Below are positions 32,263 through 39,205 of a stretch of 39,205 nt of DNA, piece by piece. Position 1 is the first letter of the stretch. Each line of letters begins with the position of its first letter. The stretch is from Candidatus Poseidoniales archaeon (lineage in GTDB: Archaea > Thermoplasmatota > Poseidoniia > Poseidoniales > Thalassarchaeaceae): the NCBI GenBank assembly GCA_045568015.1, contig JBJLBW010000010.1:1-39205 (forward strand), given 5' to 3'. The position numbers and the translations under genes are program-made. A model generated the notes under the pieces. It saw only the letters and a program-made list of their open reading frames with translations. It searched no databases and was not told where the DNA came from.

Positions 32263-33576
32263 ATGGTTGATGAAAGTCCTTTTCTCACAGAGACTCCCCT
32301 ACCAGACAATCAATTTTCCTTGATGGAACGCGGCGCAGCCACCCTGATTCTGACCGCAATAATCCTTCTATTGGGGGCCATCGCAGGCCAAGAAATCGCA
32401 CCAGGTAATGCCCTTTCGGAAACATACGATACCTACTTTATTGAACCACACACCCTCGATTCTACTAGTGGAGATGCTGGTTACAACCCAGTCGATACTC
32501 TGGCCTATTCTCTCCTATTGGTCTCATTCGTCGTCGTCATCTCAGGGTGGTTGCGAAGAATTGGCATTCCGGCTAGAGACAATTCAATCATTGCTCTTCT
32601 ACCATGGGTTTTTTGGGCATCGATTGGAGAGGTAAACGAGGACGGTTACCTCTTTTCCGAGGGGCTCGGGGGTTTGTTCGTATCCCCACTCATTCACTTC
32701 CACGTGGCTACTTGGGTGATTATCACAGGCTGGATGTGTCACCGTGTTTCCATCAGTGCAGGGTCTGAGAACCGCGCTGCAATTACCCAATTGGCCTTCA
32801 TATTGACTTGTCTACAGATTGTGATTTTCATGCCAGATCTTGGCCGACATTGGGACAAAGACGCTCTTTCGCTGCTCGTCTCCCCTCTTTTCTTAGCGCC
32901 GATGGGTGGACTTCTGCTCATCGTACTCATCCATCCATTCTTGGAATGTTGCACTGCGATTGAGCAAGGGCTTATCCAAGTGGGACTCGGTGGATGTTTC
33001 ATGCATTTATCTGGCTGGCTCATGCTCTACACCGAGCCATTGAATGGTCGGATGCCAATTTCGTTGGTTCCAATGGCCCTGATTGTATTGGGTCCACTTC
33101 TGCTTTGCACATTGTTGTGGTTTTCTGGCCAAGATGCACGATCCAAATTACACCATATGGGGCTTGAGCCGGGCATCATCCCAGAAGGAATATCATTGGA
33201 TGATTGGGATTACCAGCATTCTTCGACATGGGAGCGTATGGAGGCCCTTTCTCCACGTGCAGTCCTCGGTCTTCCAGTCATCCTCTTGGCGATGTATGGT
33301 CAGATGGTAGATGGACTGGCAACGAGTGTTGGTTTGGAGAATTACGGTTATGGTGAGAAACACGTCCTTTCACAGAAGGTTATCGATGTTGCCGGGACAG
33401 CTTGGGGCTTTGGTGTGCTCAAGTTTGGACTTGCAGCAATGATTTGGTGGCTATTTGCATATGCCCGGTTTGAGCATCGGCATCGACACCTGCGATTGTT
33501 GGTTATCTTATGTCTCCTGGTGGTCGGTTTAGCCCCTGGTTTGAGGGACGTTCTCAGAATGACATTGGATGTCTGA
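32263..33576 (+). CDS. Polytopic membrane protein (about 10 TM), possibly DUF63-like
   Basis: The hydrophobicity pattern is clear. GYNPVDTLAYSLLL and MYGQMVDGLATSVGLENYGYGEKHVLS resemble the archaeal DUF63 family as I remember it; this is unverified. GGGTGA lies 5 nt before ATG 32263. Confidence 0.7.
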   Translation: MVDESPFLTETPLPDNQFSLMERGAATLILTAIILLLGAIAGQEIAPGNALSETYDTYFIEPHTLDSTSGDAGYNPVDTLAYSLLLVSFVVVISGWLRRIGIPARDNSIIALLPWVFWASIGEVNEDGYLFSEGLGGLFVSPLIHFHVATWVIITGWMCHRVSISAGSENRAAITQLAFILTCLQIVIFMPDLGRHWDKDALSLLVSPLFLAPMGGLLLIVLIHPFLECCTAIEQGLIQVGLGGCFMHLSGWLMLYTEPLNGRMPISLVPMALIVLGPLLLCTLLWFSGQDARSKLHHMGLEPGIIPEGISLDDWDYQHSSTWERMEALSPRAVLGLPVILLAMYGQMVDGLATSVGLENYGYGEKHVLSQKVIDVAGTAWGFGVLKFGLAAMIWWLFAYARFEHRHRHLRLLVILCLLVVGLAPGLRDVLRMTLDV

Positions 33577-33608
33577 AGTGGGCGAGTGTTCAAGGCCAAG
33601 TTCGCATT

Positions 33609-33627
33609 CGCACCCCTAAGGGGTGCG
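33609..33627 (+). promoter_or_regulatory. GC-rich tri-loop hairpin CGCACCCC-TAA-GGGGTGCG abutting the MCC-beta start codon
   Basis: The 8-bp stem is identical to the one at 9317-9335. Its 3' arm contains the only SD-like purine run (GGGGTG) and ends 1 nt before ATG 33629. Confidence 0.45.
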
Positions 33628-33628
33628 C

Positions 33629-35239
33629 ATGGACCGACTACAAACCCGAGTCAATTCCTCGGATGCAGCGTTCAAGTCGAACCATGAACACAACAGTGCA
33701 CTGCTTGCAACATTGCGCGAACGACTTGATGTCGTTCAGGAAGGAGGTGGTGGGAAATACGTCGACAAGCACCGAAGCCGGGGCAAGGCACTACCGCGTG
33801 AACGAATCTCTGCAATTTGTGATCCAGGTACACCATTCCTCGAATTGTCTCCTCTTGCTGCATACGGCCTCTATGATGGCCGCGCCGCCAGTGCGGGTAT
33901 GGTGACGGGTGTCGGTGTTGTCCACGGTAAGGAGTGCTTATTCGTGGCCAATGATGCAACTGTCAAAGGCGGTTCATACTATCCGATGACCGTTAAGAAA
34001 CACATCCGTGCTCAAGAGGTTGCCGACACAAATCACCTACCCTGCATCTATCTGGTTGATTCAGGAGGGGCATTCTTGCCGATGCAAGACGAAGTTTTCC
34101 CTGACAAGGAGCATTTTGGTAGAATCTTCCGTAATCAAGCGATTATGAGTGGAAAGGGCATTCCACAGATTGCAGCAGTTTGTGGCTCCTGCACAGCCGG
34201 TGGTGCCTACGTCCCCGCAATGTCCGATGAGTCAATTATCGTCAAGGGCAATGGAACAATCTTCCTAGCAGGTCCACCTTTGGTCAAAGCAGCAACGGGT
34301 GAAGAGGTCACTGCAGAGGATTTGGGTGGTGCAGATGTGCACACAGCTCAATCCGGTGTTGCCGATCATTATGCTGAAGATGAACCAAGTGCGCTACGCA
34401 TGGTTCGCAATATCGTTGAAAACCTCAACACCGGTGTCAAGACAAAGTTGGATGTACAAGCCCCAGAAGATCCAACCTATTCAATCGATGAAATCCTCGG
34501 TATCATTCCAGAAGACAATCGAACCCCATTTGATGTTCGTGAGATTATTGCACGAATCGTAGATGGTAGCCGTTTCCACGAGTTCAAAGCCAGATATGGA
34601 CCAACCCTTGTCTGTGGTTTTGCTCGAATTCATGGATATCCGGTTGGCATTGTTGCAAACAACGGCATCCTGTTCTCTGAGTCATCACAGAAAGGAGCTC
34701 ACTTTGTGGAACTTTGTGGGCAACGCGGTATACCATTGGTTTTCTTGCAGAACATTACAGGTTTCATGGTCGGCCGCGATTACGAAGCCGGTGGTATTGC
34801 GAAGGATGGAGCAAAACTGGTTACCGCAGTGTCTTGTGTTCCGGTCCCCAAGTTCACAGTCATCATCGGTGGGAGCCATGGTGCTGGCAACTACGGCATG
34901 TGTGGGCGTGCATACGACCCACGCTTCCTATTCATGTGGCCTAACAGCAGAATCTCGGTGATGGGGGGTCCTCAAGCAGCTGACGTTCTAGCCACGGTCA
35001 AACAGGACCAACGCGCTAGAGAAGGTCTTGAACCGATGGCCGATGAAGAATGGGATGCATTCCAGGCACCGATTCTTGAGAAATACGAGGCCGAGGGTTC
35101 ACCCTATTACTCTACAGCAAGGTTGTGGGATGATGGGATTATCGATCCACGTGATACTCGTGATGTCCTAGGTCTCGCCATAAGTGCCAGTCTCAACGCC
35201 CCGATGCCAGATACGAATTTCGGAATATTTAGAATGTGA
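33629..35239 (+). CDS. Methylcrotonyl-CoA carboxylase beta subunit-type carboxyltransferase
   Basis: Extended similarity as recalled to MCCC2/LiuB: [96 protein letters not shown]. Confidence 0.9.
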   Translation: MDRLQTRVNSSDAAFKSNHEHNSALLATLRERLDVVQEGGGGKYVDKHRSRGKALPRERISAICDPGTPFLELSPLAAYGLYDGRAASAGMVTGVGVVHGKECLFVANDATVKGGSYYPMTVKKHIRAQEVADTNHLPCIYLVDSGGAFLPMQDEVFPDKEHFGRIFRNQAIMSGKGIPQIAAVCGSCTAGGAYVPAMSDESIIVKGNGTIFLAGPPLVKAATGEEVTAEDLGGADVHTAQSGVADHYAEDEPSALRMVRNIVENLNTGVKTKLDVQAPEDPTYSIDEILGIIPEDNRTPFDVREIIARIVDGSRFHEFKARYGPTLVCGFARIHGYPVGIVANNGILFSESSQKGAHFVELCGQRGIPLVFLQNITGFMVGRDYEAGGIAKDGAKLVTAVSCVPVPKFTVIIGGSHGAGNYGMCGRAYDPRFLFMWPNSRISVMGGPQAADVLATVKQDQRAREGLEPMADEEWDAFQAPILEKYEAEGSPYYSTARLWDDGIIDPRDTRDVLGLAISASLNAPMPDTNFGIFRM

Positions 35240-35253
35240 AAGGAGCAATTGAA

Positions 35254-36111
35254 ATGTCAGATTTTGCAATTGAAGATTTAAAGCCAGAAACCAGCCTATG
35301 TTCGCTCAGAATTGAAGGATCTGTTGCATACTTGACCCTCACCCGAGAAGATGTGTACAACGCTCTCAACATCCCTCTAATCAGTGAGATTATCGCAGTT
35401 CTTGATTGGACCAAGGAACGCTCTGTCGGTGAGCGAGGGTTGTTACATGATTCAACAGGTGTACCCTATCTTCGCGTAATCGTCTTATCAGGTGCAGGCA
35501 AACACTTCTGTGCAGGTGCAGACATCAACATGATGCGTGATGCCGGCGCCAAGAGTTCAGAAGAGAATAGGGCTGATTCAGAGAGATTGGATCGTTTGTT
35601 CAACAGTTTGTGGTCACACCCTTGTTTCACCATTGGTAAAATTCAGGGTGTTGCTCTAGGGGGCGGTGCTGGCCTCATCGCTTGTCTTGACCATGCCATT
35701 GTTGAACCCGGAACCAGAATCGCTCTTTCCGAAGGTAAATTGGGAATCCTCCCGGCGGTAATTGGGCCCTATGTATACCGCAAAGTCGGTAGCGCCGAAT
35801 TCCGTAGACTCGCAATGATGGCGGGGCGAATTGGTGCTGAAGAATCATTGAGAATAGGATTGGTAAGCCAATTATCGGAATCACTTGAAGGAGCAGAATC
35901 TGCAGCCATTAACGAAGTTTTGACAACCGGTCCAATGGCTGTAACCGAGGCCAAAAAACTCACACTAACATTCGATCGTTGGAATGGCACCGATGAAGAA
36001 TTACGACTTTGGACATTGGACAAAACAAGTGAGATGCGAGGTTCAGAAGAAGGACAAGAAGGCCTTGCCTCTTTCCTTGAGAAACGCCCACCCAATTGGA
36101 AAGAGGAGTGA
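35254..36111 (+). CDS. Enoyl-CoA hydratase/isomerase (crotonase) family, methylglutaconyl-CoA hydratase-like by context
   Basis: VIVLSGAGKHFCAGADINMM and IQGVALGGGAGLIACLDHAI (oxyanion-hole motifs). AAAGGAG SD lies 8 nt before ATG 35254; the track start 35236 is a GTG. Confidence 0.88.
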   Translation: MSDFAIEDLKPETSLCSLRIEGSVAYLTLTREDVYNALNIPLISEIIAVLDWTKERSVGERGLLHDSTGVPYLRVIVLSGAGKHFCAGADINMMRDAGAKSSEENRADSERLDRLFNSLWSHPCFTIGKIQGVALGGGAGLIACLDHAIVEPGTRIALSEGKLGILPAVIGPYVYRKVGSAEFRRLAMMAGRIGAEESLRIGLVSQLSESLEGAESAAINEVLTTGPMAVTEAKKLTLTFDRWNGTDEELRLWTLDKTSEMRGSEEGQEGLASFLEKRPPNWKEE

Positions 36112-36118
36112 AATCCGC

Positions 36119-37660
36119 ATGGTTGGGCCAGATTGGATGGAGGGTGCACCACACCCCATATCCAAGATATTGGTCGCCAATCGGGGTGAAATTGCTTGCC
36201 GAATTTTTCGTTCATGTGCCGAATTAGGCCTGGGCTCAGTCTCAATTTACTCTGAGCCTGATCGTGGCTCTTTACACCAACAAACAGCTGACGAGTCAGT
36301 CTTTCTTCCAGGTGATACGCTTTCTGAAACATACCTCAACATAGAGGCTATTTTGGCTGCCGCCGAAGAGACCGGCGCGGATGCAATCCATCCGGGCTAT
36401 GGTTTCCTATCGGAACGGAGTACCTTCGCCAATGCCGTGAAGGGAGCAGGTCTCGTATGGATTGGACCTTCAGCACATGCAATCGATGAGATGGGTGACA
36501 AGATCAGTGCACGACGAGCTATGGTGGCCGCCGGTGTTCCAGTCATTCCAGGTGAAGAATTACCGTTAGAGAATCCCGATGAGATGGTGGATGAACTTGT
36601 ACGCGCTGCGACTCGTGTTGGATACCCACTGTTACTGAAAGCCAGTGCAGGGGGTGGTGGCAAAGGCATGCGAGTTGTTCGAGAACCTCGCAATCTGCAG
36701 AGAGAATATGCCGCTGCCAGTCGAGAAGCCGCCACATCTTTTGGAGATGGAACGGTGTATGTTGAACGCCTTCTAGAGAAGTCCCGTCACGTGGAAGTAC
36801 AGGTACTGACCGACATGATGGGCAATGCAGTTCATCTGTTTGAGAGAGAATGCAGCATTCAGCGTCGACATCAGAAAGTGGTTGAAGAAGCCCCCTCTCC
36901 GGTTCTTGAACAAACCACTCGTGAGCGCATGGGTGAAGCCGCAGTGAATGCAGCTAAAGCCGTCGACTACGAAGGCGCAGGGACAGTCGAATTCCTTCTT
37001 GCTGAAGATGGGGAATTCCATTTCCTTGAGATGAACACTCGATTGCAAGTTGAACATCCGATTACAGAATGCATCAGTGGAGTGGATTTAGTCGTCGAGC
37101 AAATTCGCGTCGCTGCGGGTTTACCTCTACCCTTCTCTCAATCAGACCTCACGATTAGAGGTCATGCGATTGAAGTCCGCATCTACGCCGAAGATCCAGC
37201 GAACAATTTCCTCCCTGCCATTGGCCCTCTAGCCCTCTTCCGCCCTCCCACCGGCCCAGGCATCCGTCTTGATACCGGTGTTCGTGAAGGAGATGAAGCC
37301 AGTATCGACTTTGATCCAATGCTTGCAAAATTGGTTGTACATGCACCTGATCGAGAAGCTGCCATCCGCCGAATGAAACGTGCATGTGAGGATTTCGTCT
37401 TGCTTGGTGTTACGACAAATTTGGGTTTCCTATGTGACATCATGAACCACCCTGCATTTCATGCGGGGGACACGACTACAGATTTCATCGAAGTAAATTG
37501 GCCAGAAGGTTGGTTGCCAAAATCATCTGATGTGGCTCCCTTCATCGCGGCCGCATCGGAGCACTATGGATTGTCTCGAAAGGTGACAACCGTCGAAACC
37601 GAAGAAGGCCGCGGGAGTCCATACAACCCATTCCTATCTCTGAGGAGGTCGTTTCCATGA
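36119..37660 (+). CDS. Biotin carboxylase (ATP-grasp) component of acyl-CoA carboxylase, MCC-alpha N-terminal part
   Basis: ISKILVANRGEIACRIFRSC, HPGYGFLSE, GYPLLLKASAGGGGKGMRVV, EMNTRLQVEHPITE. AAGAGGAG lies 10 nt before ATG 36119. It ends at a TGA that is in frame with the next ORF. Confidence 0.92.
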   Translation: MVGPDWMEGAPHPISKILVANRGEIACRIFRSCAELGLGSVSIYSEPDRGSLHQQTADESVFLPGDTLSETYLNIEAILAAAEETGADAIHPGYGFLSERSTFANAVKGAGLVWIGPSAHAIDEMGDKISARRAMVAAGVPVIPGEELPLENPDEMVDELVRAATRVGYPLLLKASAGGGGKGMRVVREPRNLQREYAAASREAATSFGDGTVYVERLLEKSRHVEVQVLTDMMGNAVHLFERECSIQRRHQKVVEEAPSPVLEQTTRERMGEAAVNAAKAVDYEGAGTVEFLLAEDGEFHFLEMNTRLQVEHPITECISGVDLVVEQIRVAAGLPLPFSQSDLTIRGHAIEVRIYAEDPANNFLPAIGPLALFRPPTGPGIRLDTGVREGDEASIDFDPMLAKLVVHAPDREAAIRRMKRACEDFVLLGVTTNLGFLCDIMNHPAFHAGDTTTDFIEVNWPEGWLPKSSDVAPFIAAASEHYGLSRKVTTVETEEGRGSPYNPFLSLRRSFP

Positions 37661-37669
37661 GGTGCTTGC

Positions 37670-38137
37670 ATGGTTGAACTTCGTGACTCCAACAATCGTC
37701 GATGGGAGATTACCATCGGTTCTTCTGAAGCCATATGTGACGGTGAAACGTTCGCGAATGAGCACACGTTTGAGATTGATGCCCGACCCAATCGGTTGTG
37801 GGTTGATGGCCAATTGGCCCATGTCGTCAAAGTACAAGATGACTGGTGGATTCACATTGATGGTCACATCCATGTATTGTCAATCGATGAACAGGGCCTC
37901 AGTGGTTCGGGGGATGAAGGTGGAATGACTGCCCCAATGCCGGGGAAGATTCTGGAACTTCTGTGTAACATCGGTGATCAAGTGGAAACCGGGCAGACAC
38001 TGATTGTCATGGAGGCGATGAAGATGGAACATCGAATTGCAGCCAATGTTTCCGGTACCATCGCGGCAATACACCATGATGTCGGAGAGCAAGTTGACGC
38101 TGGAGCGACATTAATCGACATCAATTCCGAAGAATAA
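37670..38137 (+). CDS. Biotin carboxyl carrier protein with N-terminal BT-like segment (MCC-alpha C-terminal part as a separate ORF)
   Basis: Biotinylation motif LIVMEAMKMEHRI within a lipoyl/biotinyl fold (APMPGKILELLCNIGDQVETGQ). GAGGTG SD lies 5 nt before the ATG. Confidence 0.88.
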   Translation: MVELRDSNNRRWEITIGSSEAICDGETFANEHTFEIDARPNRLWVDGQLAHVVKVQDDWWIHIDGHIHVLSIDEQGLSGSGDEGGMTAPMPGKILELLCNIGDQVETGQTLIVMEAMKMEHRIAANVSGTIAAIHHDVGEQVDAGATLIDINSEE

Positions 38138-38138
38138 T

Positions 38139-38166
38139 CCAATTGAAAATTCAATTTTACAATTGG
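38139..38166. terminator. CAATTG dyad element filling the convergent gap (candidate bidirectional terminator)
   Basis: CCAATTGAAAATTCAATTTTACAATTGG. Arms CCAATTG/CAATTGG and AAAATT/AATTTT pair with one bulge. T4 runs occur on both strands, and the boxes are 20 bp apart. Confidence 0.5.
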
Positions 38167-38171
38167 TAAAT

Positions 38172-39205
38172 CTATTCTTCCGCCCAATTCCCTTGGAAAT
38201 TTTCAGCATTGTCTACACGGATGAATAAATCCAGCGAGGTCCAAACCAGACTGTTGAAACCACTTGCCATCCCATCCGGACCTCCAGCCTTCGCGGTCAT
38301 GAATTCAAGTGTATCAGATGGAGAATGCCATTCTTGCCAGAAGGAGATATCTCCACCGGGGCTGAAGAAGTTGAATGTTGGAAATCCAGCAGAAAAGAAT
38401 GCACAATGATCTGAAGCACATGATTCTGCAATTTGCCAAGTAATCGGATTTCCTGCCGTAGGCTGGTAAGCCAAATCATTCTCGATGGTCAACCCAACCC
38501 AATCATGCATTCGCTGCATATTGCTATCATTCGCCCCCGCAACACTGATTGTCCAGTCATATTTGGTAGCAGAAAATATCTCTCCACCCGGCCCAATGAG
38601 GGGTTCGCTAGGCGGCGTAATTGGGTAATTCAGTGCGACCATGTCGAAATTCATGTATGCACGAACCGTCACGTTCTCCGGTAGATGGTCAACATAAGCA
38701 CGTGAACCCAGAAGGCCTTCCTCTTCACAGGCCCACAGTGCTGCAACCACAGTGTGGTCGAATTCTAATTTAGCCAAGGCTTGAGCCATCTCCAGTGAAA
38801 CGGTTGAGCCTGAAGTGTCATCATTCGCTCCTTCGTTTGTTCCACCACCTGGTGGCGTAAACATGTAGGCGATGTCAAAGTGCCCACCGATGACGATATA
38901 CTCGTCCGGATTCACACGACCCCAGTTGTAACCGACCACGTTGAGTTGGTCTGGATCATCGTCGTATCGCGTCACTTCCACGAAATCAAAACCCATGCTT
39001 CGCATGTTGTCTGCCATCGCTTCGGCCGCTGCCTCGTAGGCGGCACCACCTTCATGGACAGATGCAGAAGCACACCATCGATTATTGTAAGATGTGGTGA
39101 GCATGTCGATTGTGTCGTATGCCCTACGACCATCCACAAGCATCATCTCATCGCTATCGATGAGTTCAATGGTCCCATTCCACATTTCGTCTCCGGCTGT
39201 AATCA
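38172..39205 (-). CDS. M28-family metallo-aminopeptidase, 5' end probably outside window
   Basis: The M28 zinc ligand pattern is present: GGHFDIAY, GANDDTSGSTV, ACEEEGLLGS, NFDMV, SDHCAF. The frame stays open upstream of the Met at 39185 to the window edge (ITAGDE), and no signal peptide is visible. Confidence 0.85.
   Translation of the reverse strand, partial: ITAGDEMWNGTIELIDSDEMMLVDGRRAYDTIDMLTTSYNNRWCASASVHEGGAAYEAAAEAMADNMRSMGFDFVEVTRYDDDPDQLNVVGYNWGRVNPDEYIVIGGHFDIAYMFTPPGGGTNEGANDDTSGSTVSLEMAQALAKLEFDHTVVAALWACEEEGLLGSRAYVDHLPENVTVRAYMNFDMVALNYPITPPSEPLIGPGGEIFSATKYDWTISVAGANDSNMQRMHDWVGLTIENDLAYQPTAGNPITWQIAESCASDHCAFFSAGFPTFNFFSPGGDISFWQEWHSPSDTLEFMTAKAGGPDGMASGFNSLVWTSLDLFIRVDNAENFQGNWAEE

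Noticed and set aside
35984-36118. 45-codon extension of the biotin carboxylase ORF into the hydratase gene (and the 187-aa antisense ORF 35769-36332)
   Set aside because: ATG 36119 is preceded by AAGAGGAG and lies just upstream of the conserved KILVANRGEIA start of biotin carboxylases. The extension has no homology.
37658-37660. In-frame TGA between biotin carboxylase and BCCP as a selenocysteine codon
   Set aside because: The position is a non-conserved linker. No SECIS-like structure was noticed nearby, and a proper SD plus ATG follows immediately. A true stop is far more likely.
1-39205. Mobile elements, prophage, integrases or defence islands
   Set aside because: No transposase, integrase, recombinase, restriction-modification, Cas or toxin-domain signatures were recognised in any frame. 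The tRNA genes are not flanked by direct repeats of their 3' ends.

Overview
The window is an archaeal chromosomal segment. The evidence is the L7Ae-S28e-L24e-ndk-aIF5B cluster, deoxyhypusine synthase, an archaeal-type Prs, and tRNAs with archaeal features. The acidic proteome, large TM-anchored surface proteins and peptide/leucine catabolism genes resemble uncultured marine planktonic Euryarchaeota (Marine Group II-like); that assignment is inference only. I call 33 protein genes and 2 tRNAs (Leu-CAA, Ile-GAU). I saw no rRNA, CRISPR array, transposase, integrase or obvious defence genes.

Gene content in order:
- a 5'-partial surface protein and tRNA-Leu
- a metal module: P1B-ATPase, ArsR-type regulator, triple zinc-ribbon protein
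- a CDP-alcohol phosphatidyltransferase
- an 841-aa coiled-coil protein followed by a propeller/TSP3-repeat membrane protein
- on the minus strand, MoxR, a ParA-type ATPase, an RHH protein and a small ORF
- the translation cluster infB-ndk-L24e-S28e-L7Ae, prs and tRNA-Ile
- a PRC-barrel protein, a class-III aminotransferase and deoxyhypusine synthase
- ubiD-ubiA-uvrB, joined by 4-nt overlaps
- a geranylgeranyl-reductase-like flavoprotein and CcmF
- an FKBP and a polytopic membrane protein
- a leucine-catabolism block: MCC beta, hydratase, biotin carboxylase, then a separate BCCP
- a 5'-partial M28 peptidase

The ORF track translates GTG and TTG starts as M, and several longest ORFs over-extend. 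I revised those starts using recurrent GGTGA/GGAGG Shine-Dalgarno-like motifs, 4-nt stop/start overlaps and family N-termini.

The most unusual signals are non-genic or architectural:
1. A dispersed CAATTG-N14/15-CAATTG palindromic element sits at gene boundaries, and two copies are ~91% identical.
2. A repeat-rich 320-bp divergent spacer carries two inverted copies of a neighbouring gene's translation-start region.
3. GC-rich tri-loop hairpins occur near gene ends, two of them with identical 8-bp stems.
4. Seven of the 33 proteins called here end in -EE, three of them through the identical DNA string AGAGGAAGAATGA.
5. The ParA/RHH/small-ORF cassette resembles SegAB.
6. The coiled-coil and propeller proteins are an uncharacterised gene pair.
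7. A single in-frame TGA splits the MCC alpha subunit.

I could not identify one clear-cut novel multi-gene system. All functional calls come from motif recognition by eye, not database searches.
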